Positions 27,029-37,445 of a stretch of DNA of 64,000 nucleotides are shown here, piece by piece. The DNA is from an uncultured Acidobacteriota bacterium. Its GTDB lineage: Bacteria > Acidobacteriota > Thermoanaerobaculia > Multivoradales > SZUA-115. The stretch spans positions 672,001-736,000 of the forward strand of contig CAWDVR010000003.1 in assembly GCA_963805975.1 (NCBI GenBank), in the 5' to 3' direction. The stretch's first letter is position 1; the number at the start of each line of letters is the position of its first letter. The notes under the pieces are model-generated. The model was not told the origin of the DNA. It did no database searches and was given only the letters and a program-made list of their open reading frames with translations. Position numbers and translations under genes: made by a program.

Positions 27029-28356
27029 CCGAGCGCGGCAGCCCCTCGTCGCTCCCAACGCTCGCCGAGGCGCTGCGCTCGGGCGAGCTGGAAGTCGCTT
27101 CCTACCTCGATCACCTGGAGGAGCGCTTCGCGGCGCGGGAGCCCGAGGTGCTGGCTTTCGTGGAAGAGGACGGCCGCTTCGCGCGGCTGCGGCGGGAGGC
27201 ACAGGAGCTCCTGGCCCGCTATCCCGAGCCCGCCTCGCGGCCGGCCCTCTTCGGCGTGCCGGTGGGGGTCAAGGACGTGTTCCACGCTGCCGGCTTCCCG
27301 ACCCGCGCCGGGAGCGGCCTTCCACCCGAAGAGCTGGCCCCAGGAAAAGGTGAGAGCGAGGAGGCGGAGAGCGTGGCGCGGCTGCGGGACGCGGGCGCGC
27401 TGGTCCTCGGCAAGACCGTGACCACCGAGTTCGCGACCTTCGCCCCCGGCCCGACGCGCAACCCCTGGCACCCGGCGCACACGCCGGGCGGCTCGAGCAG
27501 CGGCTCGGCCGCGGCCGTGGGCGCAGGGCTGGCGCCGCTCGCGCTCGGCACGCAGACCATCGGCTCGATCGGCCGGCCGGCCTCGTTCTGCGGCGTGGTG
27601 GGCTTCAAGCCCAGCTACGAGCGGATCTCCCGTGCCGGCCTGATCGCGGTCGCGCCCTCGCTCGACCACGTGGGCTGCTTCGCGGCCGACACTGCCGGCG
27701 CGTGCCTCGCCGCGAGCGTGCTCTGCGCCGGCTGGAGCCCGGTGGCCCCGCCGGCCTTCCGGCCGGTGCTCGGCGTTCCGGAGGGGCCGTATCTCGAGCG
27801 GGCCTCGGCCGACGGCCTGGCCCGCTTCCGCGCCGCCTGCGAGCGCTTGGCCGTGCACGGCTTCGTGCTGCGGCCGGTCGCGGCGTTCGCCGACTTCGAC
27901 GCCATCGAAGCCCGGCACCGCCACCTCTTCGACGGCGAGATGGCGCGCGGTCACCAGGCCTGGTTCGCGCGCCACGAGGATCTCTACCGGGAGAAGACGG
28001 TCGAGATCATCCGCCGCGGCCAGGCGGTGACCGAGGCCGAGCTCGAGACCGCGCGGGCCGGCCGCTCCGAGCTGCGCAACGCGCTCACCGCGCTCGCGGC
28101 GGCGGAGGGGGTCGATCTCTGGATCTCGCCCTCGTCCACCGGCCCGGCGCCCGAGGGCCTGGAGTGGACCGGCGACCCGGTGATGAACCTGCCCTGGACG
28201 CACGCCGGCCTGCCGGCCGTGACCCTGCCGATGGCGGTGGCCACTCTCTCACCTGGAGGGGGCGAGCTGCCGATGGGCCTCCAGCTCGCCGGACGCTTCG
28301 GCGAGGACGAGAACCTGCTCGCCTGGGCCGCCGAGGTCGAGAAGGCGCTGGCTTGA
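27025..28356 (+). CDS. Amidase signature family enzyme
   Basis: 'GVKD', 'GGSSSGSAAAV', 'GTQTIGSIGRPASFCG' (Lys-cisSer-Ser triad). Confidence 0.92.
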   Translation: MTERGSPSSLPTLAEALRSGELEVASYLDHLEERFAAREPEVLAFVEEDGRFARLRREAQELLARYPEPASRPALFGVPVGVKDVFHAAGFPTRAGSGLPPEELAPGKGESEEAESVARLRDAGALVLGKTVTTEFATFAPGPTRNPWHPAHTPGGSSSGSAAAVGAGLAPLALGTQTIGSIGRPASFCGVVGFKPSYERISRAGLIAVAPSLDHVGCFAADTAGACLAASVLCAGWSPVAPPAFRPVLGVPEGPYLERASADGLARFRAACERLAVHGFVLRPVAAFADFDAIEARHRHLFDGEMARGHQAWFARHEDLYREKTVEIIRRGQAVTEAELETARAGRSELRNALTALAAAEGVDLWISPSSTGPAPEGLEWTGDPVMNLPWTHAGLPAVTLPMAVATLSPGGGELPMGLQLAGRFGEDENLLAWAAEVEKALA

Positions 28357-30193
28357 GCGCTGCCGCGAGCTCTCCGGGGGCGGCCTCGGTGCTCCGCCAC
28401 GAGGTGCGCCCCGGCGCCTACTGCGACTCGATCGTCCTGCTCAAGCTCCAGAAGTCGCTGGCGGCGCTGGCCGGTGTCCTCGACGCCAGCGCCGTGATGG
28501 CGACCGACACCAACCTCGCCCTGCTGGCCGCCAACGGCCTGGCGCCCGAGGAGCTGGACGACCCGGCGCCGGACGATTTGCTGGTCGTGGTGCGGGCGGA
28601 GTCCGAGGCCGCGGCCCAGGATGCCCTCGCCCAGGTGGACGGCCTCCTGGCGGCGAGAAGCGGGGGAGACGCCGAGGAGGACTACCGGCCCAAGAGCCTG
28701 GCCTCGGCGCTCCGCACCCTCCCCGAGGCTCGCTGGGCCCTGGTCTCGGTGCCGGGCCGGTTCGCCGCCCGCGTGGCGCGCGAGGCGCTGGAGCGCGACC
28801 GACACGTGTTCCTGTTCAGCGACAACGTCTCGCTGGCCGAGGAGGTCGCCCTGAAGCGCCAGGCGGCGGACCACGGGCTCCTCCTGCTGGGGCCGGATTG
28901 CGGAACGGCCATCGTCGCCGGCGTCGGCCTCGGCTTTGCCAACCGCGTGCGGCGTGGCGGCGTCGGGCTGGTGGCGGCCTCCGGCACCGGCCTCCAGGCC
29001 GTGGCCAGCCGCCTGCACGCCCTCGGAGCGGGGGTCTCCCACGCTCTCGGCACCGGCGGGCGGGACTTGAGCGAAGAGGTGGGTGGGATCGCCGCCCGCC
29101 AGTCCCTCGACCTGCTGGCCCGCGACCCCGAGACCCGCGTCATCGTGCTCGTCGCCAAGCCCCCCTCTCCCTCCGTCATCCCGCTCCTCCTGGCCGCGGC
29201 ACGTGCCACCGGCAAGCCGGTCGTCGTGTGCCTCCTCGGCTACTCGCCCCCGGCTCGCCGACTCGGGAATCTCTTCTTCTCTCTCAACCTCACCGAGGCC
29301 GCGGAGCTGGCTGCCGAGCCTCGATTCAGGCTTCCCCAAGGCTCCGGCTCCGGGCTCCACAGCGGTCCCGACCGCGGGTGGCGCCGGTCCAGGGCTCCCG
29401 GCCGGCGCGGAGCCGCTTCGGCGAGCACCGGACGGGATGGACCGGCGACAGGACCCGCGGCCCCCCGGCGAGCCTTCCCTCGAGCGATCTGCCCCTTCTC
29501 GCTACCTTCGCGGCCTCTTCTGCGGCGGCACTCTCGCCTATGAAGCTCTCCTCGGCCTCGCACCCTGGCTGGGCCCCATCCATTCCAATCTGCACAGTGA
29601 CCTCTCCCTGCCGCTCGCGGACCTTCACCGTAGCCAGGGCCACACCCTCCTCGACCTGGGCGACGACGACGTTCACCGTCGGCCGGCTCCACCCCATGAT
29701 CGACCAGGACTTGCGCCTTCGGCGCTTCCGCCAGGAGATCGCCGATCCCGAGGTAGGGCTGATCCTGCTCGACCTCGTGCTCGGCGACGCCGGCCATCCC
29801 GACCCGGCGAGCGAGTGGGCGCCCGTGATCGCCGAGGCCCTGCGAGCGAGGGCGATCGAGGTGGTGGCAATGGTGGTCGGCACCGAAGACGATCCCCAGG
29901 ACCTCGGTGCCCAGGTGAGTGCCCTCGAAGCCGCCGGTGCCCGGGTGTTCACGGACCCGGCCGCTGCCGTTGCCCGCGCCGGCGACCGGCTCTCGGGCGG
30001 CCTCGCCCCGGCGGCCCTCACCCCTGTTGGCCTCGCAGCGCTCGCCGCACCGCTGGCCGCCGTCAACGTCGGCCTGGAGTCCTTCTCGGCGAGCCTCTCG
30101 GCCCAGGGCGCCATGGCGATCCAGGTCGAGTGGCGGCCCCCGGCCGGCGGCGATCCCCGCCTGCTCGCCATCCTCGACCGCTTGCGGAGCTGA
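28353..30193 (+). CDS. fdrA: FdrA (AllF)-family acyl-CoA synthetase-like protein; two apparent +1 frameshifts (~29317, ~29671)
   Basis: TTG overlapping amidase stop; 'GAYCDSIVLL', 'FSDNV', 'GPDCGTA', 'ASGTG', 'GTGGRDL' in frame 1; 'LRGLFCGGTL...DLGDDD' in frame 2; 'FTVGRLHPMID...WRPPAGG' in frame 3. Confidence 0.88.
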
Positions 30194-30196
30194 CGC

Positions 30197-31459
30197 ATGG
30201 ACATCGACAAGGCCAACCAGACGGCGCTCGAGCGCCTCACCTCGGCAAGGCCCCTGCTCACCGGCGTGGCCCGGGCCGGCGAGGTGATCCCGGCGCTCGC
30301 CAGACGGCGCCTGCTGCTCCACGCCGGCCCGCCGATCTCCTGGGAGCGCGCCTCCGGCCCGCTGCGCGGGGCGCTGGTCGGCGCCGCGCTCTACGAGGGC
30401 TGGGCCGGCGACGAAGCCGCGGCCACGGCGCTTTTCGAGAGCGGCGAGGTGCCGCTCGAGCCCTGCCATCACCACCAGGCCGTGGGCCCCATGGCCGGCG
30501 TGCTCTCGGCCTCGATGGCGGTCTACGTCGTCGAGAACACCACGCACGGCAACCGCGCCTACTCGAGCTTCAACGAGGGCTACGGCAAGGTGCTGCGCTA
30601 TGGCGCCTTCAGTCCGGAAGTGCTCGCCCGCCTGCGCTGGATCAACGAGACCATGGCGCCGCTGGTGGGTGCCGCGCTCGCCGGCGGCGAGCCGATCGAC
30701 GTCAAGGCCCTGATCGCCGAGGCGCTGCACATGGGGGACGAAGGGCACAACCGCAACAAGGCGGGCTCGCTGCTCTTCACCAAGCTCCTGGCGCCGCGCC
30801 TCGTGAAGGCGGCGAGCGATGCGGGCACCGCCGCCGAGGTGATCCACTTCCTGGGCGACAACGCGCTCTCGGTGCTCAACCCGGTGATGGCGGCCTGCAA
30901 GGCGATGGCGGACGCGGCACACGGGACGGAGGGCTCGACGCTGGTCTCCGCCATGGCGAGGAACGGCACGGACTTCGGCATCCGCGTGAGCGGGCTGGGC
31001 GACGAGTGGTTCACGGCGCCGTCGTCAACGCCCGACGGGCTCTATTTCTCGGGCTTCTCCGCCGCGGACGCCAACCCGGACATCGGCGACTCGACGATCA
31101 CCGAGACCGCCGGCATCGGCGCCTTCGCCATGGCCGCGGCGCCGGCGATCGTCACCTTCGTCTCCGGCAAGCCCAAGGACGCCCGCGACGCCACGCTCGA
31201 GATGTACGAGATCACCGCCGGCGAGCACCCGCAGTTCACCATCCCCGCGCTCGACTTCCGCGGCACGCCGGTGGGCATCGACCTGCGCAAGGTGGTGGAG
31301 CTGGGCATCACCCCGCGCGTCAACACCGGCATCGCCCACCGCCTCGCGGGCGTGGGGCAGATCGGCGCCGGCCTGGTACGGCCGTCGATCGCGGTGTTCG
31401 AGGCGGCGCTCACGAGATTTGCCGAGCGGTATGCGACGCTCGTCGAAGACGCTCCGTAG
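30197..31459 (+). CDS. DUF1116 (YlbE/AllG/YahG-like) protein
   Basis: 'LLHAGPP', 'PCHHHQAVGPMAG', 'ALHMGDEGHNRN', 'MARNGTDFGI', 'DIGDSTITET', 'NTGIAH'. Confidence 0.9.
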   Translation: MDIDKANQTALERLTSARPLLTGVARAGEVIPALARRRLLLHAGPPISWERASGPLRGALVGAALYEGWAGDEAAATALFESGEVPLEPCHHHQAVGPMAGVLSASMAVYVVENTTHGNRAYSSFNEGYGKVLRYGAFSPEVLARLRWINETMAPLVGAALAGGEPIDVKALIAEALHMGDEGHNRNKAGSLLFTKLLAPRLVKAASDAGTAAEVIHFLGDNALSVLNPVMAACKAMADAAHGTEGSTLVSAMARNGTDFGIRVSGLGDEWFTAPSSTPDGLYFSGFSAADANPDIGDSTITETAGIGAFAMAAAPAIVTFVSGKPKDARDATLEMYEITAGEHPQFTIPALDFRGTPVGIDLRKVVELGITPRVNTGIAHRLAGVGQIGAGLVRPSIAVFEAALTRFAERYATLVEDAP

Positions 31460-31468
31460 AAGGTCGAG

Positions 31469-33916
31469 ATGACGCTGCTCCGCGAAACGGTGCGGTCGCT
31501 CCTGCGGCGGCCGGCGCTCGCGCTCGTCGCGGTCGCGACGCTCGCCGTGGGCATCGGCGCGGCCACGGCGCTCTGGAGCTATCTCACCGCCCTGGTGTGG
31601 CCTACCCTCGAGGCGCCGGAGCCGCACCGGCTCGCCTGGCTGCGTACCCGCGAGCCGGACAACCCTGTTGCGCTCTCGTCCTACCCCGATTTCCTGGACT
31701 ACCGCGCGGCGGCCGAGGAGGTGGCCACGACCCTGGGCTGGAAGATCATGGGCACGGCGGCGTCGCTCGACGGCGGCGACTCGGCCTGGGCCTGGATCCA
31801 CGCGGTGTCCGAAGGCTACTTCGAGGAGTTCGGGGCGCGCTTCCGCGTCGGCCGCGGGCTGGCGGCGGCGGACCATCGCCCGGACGCCCCACCGGCCGTG
31901 GTCCTGGGGCCGCGGTTCTGGCGGAGCCACTACGGCCGCGATCCCGCGGCGGTGGGCCGGCACCTGGTCCTGGGAGGCGTTGCCTACACCATCGTGGGAG
32001 TGGCGCCGGAGGGTTTCCAGGTCGCCGGGCTGCCGGCGGACCTCTATCTGCCGCTCGGCCGCAGCGACGAAGTGACGCCCACGCCGGAGCTCGCGGACCG
32101 CGGCAGCCGGCGGCTCGGGGTGCTGGTGCGGCTCGCGCCCGGCGTCACCCGCGAGACTGCGGAGGCGGTCTTCCAGGCGACCGCCCGCGGGCTCGACGAA
32201 ACGCAGCCGGTGCCCGGCCTGCCGCGGCAGGTGGCGCTCGTGGCGAGCACTCGCAGCGACTACACCGGCGACTACGTGCCCGGCGCGGCGATGCTGCTGG
32301 GAGCGGTGGGTCTGCTCCTGCTGCTGGCCTCGACCAACGTCGCCAACCTGTTGCTGGCGCGGGCCATGGATCGCCGCCGCGAGCTCGGCGTCCGCGCCGC
32401 CCTCGGCGCAAGACCGGCCTCGCTGGCGACGCTGCTGGTCGCCGAGGGCCTGCTGCTGGCGCTCGCCGGAGGGGCGCTGGGCCTGCTGCTGGCGCTCGCC
32501 GGCATGAAGGTGATCGAGAGCTATGTGTTCGTGGTGCCGATGGGCTTCGGCCAATGGTCGGAAGGCGCCACCTTCCTGGCCATCGACCGGCGTGTCCTGG
32601 CCTTCGCGATGCTGGTCGCCCTGGCCACCGGCCTCGTCACCAGCCTGGCCGCCGCTCTCAAGGCCGCCGGCACCGATCCCGCCGTGGCCTTCCGCGCCGC
32701 AGCGGGGGAAGGGGGCGGGAAGCTCGCCTCGCGGTCGGTGCTGGTGGTCTCCCAGGTCGTTCTTTCGACGCTGCTCCTGGCCGGTGCCGTGCTCCTGGGC
32801 CGGAGCCTCGGTGCCGCCCTGGCGGTGGACCCCGGCTTCGACGGCGAGCGCGTGCTGCTCACCACCTTCGCGCTGCCGCGGCCTGGTGGATCGAATGCAG
32901 TGGGCTCCCCGAGCTCTCGGGCCGACCTCTACCAGCAGCTCCAGGACCAGGTGGCCGCGCTCCCCGGGGTCGCCGCTGCCAGCATGACCTGGATGCCGCC
33001 GCTGTGGGGCACGCGCGAAACCACGCTGGCCTTGCCCGGCGACGCGAGGGAGCCCCGGCAGGTCGCCTACAACGTGGTCGGCCCGGGGTACTTCGAGACC
33101 CTGCACATCCCGCTGCTGGCCGGCCGGGAGCTCGGGCGCGCCGACCGCGCGGGGGCGCCGCTCGCCGTGGTGGTGAGCTCCGCCCTGGCCGAGACGCTGT
33201 GGCCGGGGGCGCAGGCGCTGGGCCGCGAGGTCGAGCTGCCAGACCTGCCCGACCCGAGCCGCAGCTTGACGACCCGCCGCGGCACGGTCGTCGGCGTGGT
33301 CGCCGACATCCGCCAGCAGAGCGTCACCGACCCGCCGCGGCCGGCCTTCTACCTCACCCTTCACCAGGCCTTCCGCGAGCGCATGACGCTCCTCACCCGC
33401 ACCGTCGGCCCGCCCGCGGCCTTCGCGCCGAGCCTGAAGACCGCCCTCCACCGGGCGCAGCCGGGCCTGGCGGTGATCGAGGTGGCACCGTTCGCAGAGG
33501 TCGAGAGCCGGTCGCTCTTCGATCGCCGCCTGTACGCACACCTGGCGGGGGCTTTCGGGCTGCTGGGGCTGGGGCTCGCGGCTACCGGCGTCGGCGGGCT
33601 GGTGAGCTATCGGGCGGCGCGGCGCAGCCGCGAGATGGGCATCCGTCTGGCCCTGGGGGCGACCCGGGCCGACCTGGTGCGGCGGGTGCTGAAGGAGGCC
33701 GGGGTCTTGGTGGGGCTGGGGCTCGCGATCGGTCTGCCGGTGGCGCTCGGGCTCTCCGGCCTGCTGCGCTCGCAGGTCTGGGGCGTGAGCCCACAGGACC
33801 CGCTCACCTTCCTCCTGATCCCCGCGGTCCTCGGCGGCATCGCGATCCTCGCGGCCACCCTGCCGGCCCTGCGCGCCGCCCGCACCGATCCCCGTGCGGT
33901 GCTGGGCCAGGAGTAG
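31469..33916 (+). CDS. ABC transporter permease, duplicated MacB/FtsX architecture (ADOP-type orphan permease)
   Basis: 'TLAVGIGAATA', 'NVANLLLARA..RRRELGVRAALGA', second 'REMGIRLALGA', ends 'RAARTDP'. Confidence 0.9.
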   Translation: MTLLRETVRSLLRRPALALVAVATLAVGIGAATALWSYLTALVWPTLEAPEPHRLAWLRTREPDNPVALSSYPDFLDYRAAAEEVATTLGWKIMGTAASLDGGDSAWAWIHAVSEGYFEEFGARFRVGRGLAAADHRPDAPPAVVLGPRFWRSHYGRDPAAVGRHLVLGGVAYTIVGVAPEGFQVAGLPADLYLPLGRSDEVTPTPELADRGSRRLGVLVRLAPGVTRETAEAVFQATARGLDETQPVPGLPRQVALVASTRSDYTGDYVPGAAMLLGAVGLLLLLASTNVANLLLARAMDRRRELGVRAALGARPASLATLLVAEGLLLALAGGALGLLLALAGMKVIESYVFVVPMGFGQWSEGATFLAIDRRVLAFAMLVALATGLVTSLAAALKAAGTDPAVAFRAAAGEGGGKLASRSVLVVSQVVLSTLLLAGAVLLGRSLGAALAVDPGFDGERVLLTTFALPRPGGSNAVGSPSSRADLYQQLQDQVAALPGVAAASMTWMPPLWGTRETTLALPGDAREPRQVAYNVVGPGYFETLHIPLLAGRELGRADRAGAPLAVVVSSALAETLWPGAQALGREVELPDLPDPSRSLTTRRGTVVGVVADIRQQSVTDPPRPAFYLTLHQAFRERMTLLTRTVGPPAAFAPSLKTALHRAQPGLAVIEVAPFAEVESRSLFDRRLYAHLAGAFGLLGLGLAATGVGGLVSYRAARRSREMGIRLALGATRADLVRRVLKEAGVLVGLGLAIGLPVALGLSGLLRSQVWGVSPQDPLTFLLIPAVLGGIAILAATLPALRAARTDPRAVLGQE

Positions 33917-34020
33917 AGAGCCAGGCCGGCACGAGAGGGCAATGCTCCTCTTGCACGGTGGTCTTGAAATGGCTTACGATTGGAAGTCGGTAAGAAAAAT
34001 ACATAGAGGTAAGAGGAGTG

Positions 34021-34284
34021 ATGATGGTTTGGACTGCGAGTCTCTCCTCCAAAGGTCAACTGGTCTTGCCCAAGGCGGTGCGTGAAAGGCTCGGGGCGGG
34101 CCCAGGGACGAAGATCGTGCTGGTCGAGCGAGAGGGCAGAATCGAGCTTCGGGCTCACGGCGGGGACATCCTCCGCTGGTACGGGGCTCGGAAAGCCGAG
34201 CCTGCTCAGGACTTTGCCGCGGTGAAGGAGCAGGTCGGACGAGCCAGGGCCGCGGAGGTGGTGCGTGAGTCGAAGAGCGGTTGA
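34021..34284 (+). CDS. AbrB/MazE/SpoVT family antitoxin
   Basis: 'LSSKGQLVLPKAVRERLG..PG'. Confidence 0.88.
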   Translation: MMVWTASLSSKGQLVLPKAVRERLGAGPGTKIVLVEREGRIELRAHGGDILRWYGARKAEPAQDFAAVKEQVGRARAAEVVRESKSG

Positions 34285-34672
34285 CGCCAACGTGCTCCTT
34301 CGCTTCGTCACCGCCGATCATCCCGAGATGTCGCCGCGTTGCAGGAGTCTGCTCGAGCAGGTCCAGAACGGCGAGGAGGAGGTGGTTCTCCCCGAGGCGG
34401 CGTTGGCGGATGCCGTTTGGACCTTGCGCAGCCACTATCGCTGGCCGCTCCCCGAGATCTGTGCTTTCCTGGGTGACTTGCTGGCGCTCGAGGGCTTGCA
34501 CATGGCGCGCAAGGAGATGATCTGGAATGCTCTCGAGCTCTTTCAGGACGGCAAGATCGATTTCTCGGACGCCCTGATCGCTGCCGAGATGTCGAGTCTC
34601 GGCCTGGGTGAGATCTACTCCTACGACCGCGACTTCGACCGGGTGCCCGGCGTCGTCCGCGTCGAGCCCTGA
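34265..34672 (+). CDS. vapC: PIN-domain toxin (VapC family)
   Basis: 'VDANVLLRF', 'DFSDALIAA', 'IYSYDRDFD'; overlaps antitoxin. Confidence 0.88.
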   Translation: MSRRAVDANVLLRFVTADHPEMSPRCRSLLEQVQNGEEEVVLPEAALADAVWTLRSHYRWPLPEICAFLGDLLALEGLHMARKEMIWNALELFQDGKIDFSDALIAAEMSSLGLGEIYSYDRDFDRVPGVVRVEP

Positions 34673-34765
34673 TCCCGGCGAGCTCGCCCGCAACGGCCCA
34701 GGCCGTCGTAGAATCGCCTTCGAGATTCAGCGCTCCGTCCCACACGTTTCTCGAGGGAGGCCCCC

Positions 34766-35620
34766 GTGTACGTTCCCTACGACCTGTCCAAGGTCAAGGT
34801 CCTCGACCTGTCGCAGAACTTCTCGATGAACTCGCCGTCGTTCGCCTTCTACGAGGGGCCGACGGTGAAGTGGGTGAAGCGGCTGGCGTTCGAGGGGGTC
34901 AACGCGCAGTTCATCTCCACCACCAACCACATCGCGACCCACCTCGACTCGCCCATCCACTTCTACGACCCCGGCCCGGACATCGCCGGCATCCCGATCA
35001 GCACGCTCTTCGGCCCCGCCTGTATCGTCGACCTCTGCCAGTTCGGGATCGGCGACTACCAGATCTACGGCCCGGAGCACTTCGAGGAGTGGGAGCGGAA
35101 GACCGGCATCACCATCGAGCGCGGCGATATCCTGGTCATCCACACCGGCTACCACCGCTTCTACAACGAGGACTGGCACAAGGCCGCACCCTGCCCGGTG
35201 CGCGGCGTGGTCGATGCGCACGCGCACGAGCCCGACCTGCCGCGCTGCTTCTTGAAGCACCCGGGGCCGCAGGGCCGTTTCGCCCAGTGGGTGCTGGATC
35301 GTGGCATCCGCTGGCTGGCGGTGGACTGCATCGCGGCCGACCATCCGTTCAACACCAACGTGCGCAAGGCGCGGCCGGACCTGATCCCCGAGGTCGAGGC
35401 CGCGATCGGTGCCTCGCTCGCCGACGCCATGCCCTGGCCCGAGGACTACCAGTGTATGCACATCAAGCTCTTCCCGCACGGCGTCTTCCACGCCGAGAAC
35501 GTCGGCGGGCAGATCGACGAGGTGCTGAACCAGCGCGTGTGGCTGGGTTGCTTTCCCTACCGCTTCCAGGGCGGGGAGGCCGCCTTCTCGCGCATCGTGG
35601 CGTTCGTCGGGGAGCGATAG
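34766..35620 (+). CDS. Cyclase-family metal-dependent hydrolase (kynurenine formamidase-like)
   Basis: 'DLS', 'HIATHLDSPIH' (HxGTHxDxPxH variant), 'GDILVIHTG', 'HAENV'; GGGAGG RBS. Confidence 0.88.
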   Translation: MYVPYDLSKVKVLDLSQNFSMNSPSFAFYEGPTVKWVKRLAFEGVNAQFISTTNHIATHLDSPIHFYDPGPDIAGIPISTLFGPACIVDLCQFGIGDYQIYGPEHFEEWERKTGITIERGDILVIHTGYHRFYNEDWHKAAPCPVRGVVDAHAHEPDLPRCFLKHPGPQGRFAQWVLDRGIRWLAVDCIAADHPFNTNVRKARPDLIPEVEAAIGASLADAMPWPEDYQCMHIKLFPHGVFHAENVGGQIDEVLNQRVWLGCFPYRFQGGEAAFSRIVAFVGER

Positions 35621-35632
35621 CGCCGCCGGCCG

Positions 35633-37366
35633 CTACACGGCAGGCATCGACGGCGTCGCCTCCGCCTCGCTCTGCGCATCGAGCCGAGGGAGGCGGCGTG
35701 CGGCGCGCTCCATCGCCAGGTCGCCGCCGTAGAGGTCCTGGCGGAATTGCAACTCGCCGCCGTCGTCCACCCAGGCCGTCCAGTAGAGGAGGTGGACGGG
35801 CACTGGTTGCGGCAGGCGGACCACTTTCCGCTCCCCGGTCGTGACCGCCTTCGCGATGCGCTCGCGGCTCCAGGCCGGATCGCTGCCGAGGAGGCGGGCG
35901 GCCAGATCCACGGGTCGGTCGACGCGGACGCAGCCATGGCTCAGGGCACGCTCGGTTCGGGCGAAGTACTTGGTGGCCGGGGTGTCGTGGATGTAGACGT
36001 CGAAATGGTTGGGAAAGACGAACTTGATCCGCCCGAGCGCGTTCTTGCCGCCGGGTCGCTGGCGGACCCGGATCTTCCCCGGATGGAGCGAGGACCAATC
36101 CACCTCCTCAGGCGAGAGCGCGGCTGTTTCCTCTCCCCAGCCGGCGAGCACCTCCATCCCCTCCTTGGCCAGATAGTCTGGATCCTTGCGGACCGCGGGG
36201 AGGATCTCGTTGCGCAGGATCCCCGCCGGCACGTTCCAGTAGGGGTTGAGCTCGAGGTAGGTCATGACGTCGCTGAAGACCGGGGTCTGCTGCCGGGTCT
36301 TGCCGACCACCACCCGGAAGCTCTCGACCGCGACGCCCGCCTCGACGACCTGCAGCGAGAAGTCGGGGATGTTGACGGCCAGGTACCGCTCTCCCAGGCT
36401 CTCCGGCAGCCAGCGCCAGCGCTCGAGGTTCCACTCGATCTGGCGAATGCGCTCTTCGATCGGCACGTTCAACTGAGCCAGCGTCTCGGCATCGACTCTC
36501 CCGGTGGCCGGCAACCCGTGCCGCCTCTGGAACCGGCGCACGGCTTCCTCCAGGGGAGAATCGAGCACCGGAGCACCGGTGCTCGCCTCGGCCGCGAGGT
36601 CCCCTGTCGCGGCCAGGCGGGCGCGCAGCAGAGACAGGGCGGCGGGATTCTCGGCAGGCCCGTCAGCCGGCACTTGCGGCCATCCACCGCTCGCTTGCAG
36701 CGCGCGATAGTCGGCCAGGGTACGGCGCAGCTTGGCGTAGCCCGGGTGGGGCGGCGCGAGCGCCGAGAGAGCGGCGGCGACCCCGTCGCCATTCACCGCC
36801 TGCTTGAGCGACCCGGTGAGATCGAGCCGCCTCGGCTCGGTCCGCCACTTGAGGCCCGCCTGCCGTGGATCGATCCGGCCCATGAGGAGATGCTCGGCGT
36901 AGGCGAGATAGACGCGCGTCAGCAGGAGATCGGCCTTCGCCAGGGCTGGGATGCGGCCGGGCTCGTCCTCGCCGGCCGCCGCGAGCGCCGCGAGGCGCGC
37001 CTGAGCAGGGTCGGCAAGGTACGTCGCCGGCTCCAGACCTTCGTCGGCCGCTGCCGCGACCGCTGCGAGCAGCTCGAGGGCATGCGGCTCTAGCGCGCGG
37101 CCCCGGCTCCAGATCGGCCAGCCATCGCGGCGCTCATAGAGCGCGTGCAGGTTCGTCGGGGAGGTCGAGCCCGGCGACCCATGGTCCAGGCTCGCAGGCA
37201 CCGCTTGCACCGTCAGCAGGCGCCGGATCTCCGCAGCGACCTGCGCCGTGTCCTGCGCAGCGACGAGGTTGGGGTCTTGGCCCTCGGGCCTGCCGCAGCT
37301 CGCCGTCAGGGCGAGACAGCAGACGGCCGGGACGAGAAGGTTGCGGAAGCGGGTTCGGACATCCAT
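35633..37366 (-). CDS. L,D-transpeptidase, YcbB/LdtD-like lipoprotein
   Basis: Lipobox LTASC; PG-binding 'AVRRFQRRHGL'; 'NLERWRW'; 'HDTP...SHGCVR'. Confidence 0.92.
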   Translation of the reverse strand: MDVRTRFRNLLVPAVCCLALTASCGRPEGQDPNLVAAQDTAQVAAEIRRLLTVQAVPASLDHGSPGSTSPTNLHALYERRDGWPIWSRGRALEPHALELLAAVAAAADEGLEPATYLADPAQARLAALAAAGEDEPGRIPALAKADLLLTRVYLAYAEHLLMGRIDPRQAGLKWRTEPRRLDLTGSLKQAVNGDGVAAALSALAPPHPGYAKLRRTLADYRALQASGGWPQVPADGPAENPAALSLLRARLAATGDLAAEASTGAPVLDSPLEEAVRRFQRRHGLPATGRVDAETLAQLNVPIEERIRQIEWNLERWRWLPESLGERYLAVNIPDFSLQVVEAGVAVESFRVVVGKTRQQTPVFSDVMTYLELNPYWNVPAGILRNEILPAVRKDPDYLAKEGMEVLAGWGEETAALSPEEVDWSSLHPGKIRVRQRPGGKNALGRIKFVFPNHFDVYIHDTPATKYFARTERALSHGCVRVDRPVDLAARLLGSDPAWSRERIAKAVTTGERKVVRLPQPVPVHLLYWTAWVDDGGELQFRQDLYGGDLAMERAARRLPRLDAQSEAEATPSMPAV

Positions 37367-37445
37367 GGTCGGCACCACCGCCGAGCCGTGGCTGCAACGG
37401 CGATGCCAATGGTGCCCTGGGAGGGGCCGAGGAGCTTGGGGGCTG

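Noticed and set aside
29338-29476. SRP RNA or 6S RNA identity for the long hairpin
   Set aside because: No SRP domain IV (CAGG..GNRA..AGCA) motif on either strand, no symmetric 6S-type central bubble, and it lies inside a CDS
29083-33993. 1636-aa ORF in the track
   Set aside because: Arg/Gly/Pro-rich shadow frame over DUF1116 and the ABC permease; only ~29320-29670 is real (middle of FdrA)
33970-34015. Possible AbrB operator (CTTAC...GTAAG; GGTAAGA twice)
   Set aside because: Imperfect and short; plausible but not distinguishable from chance
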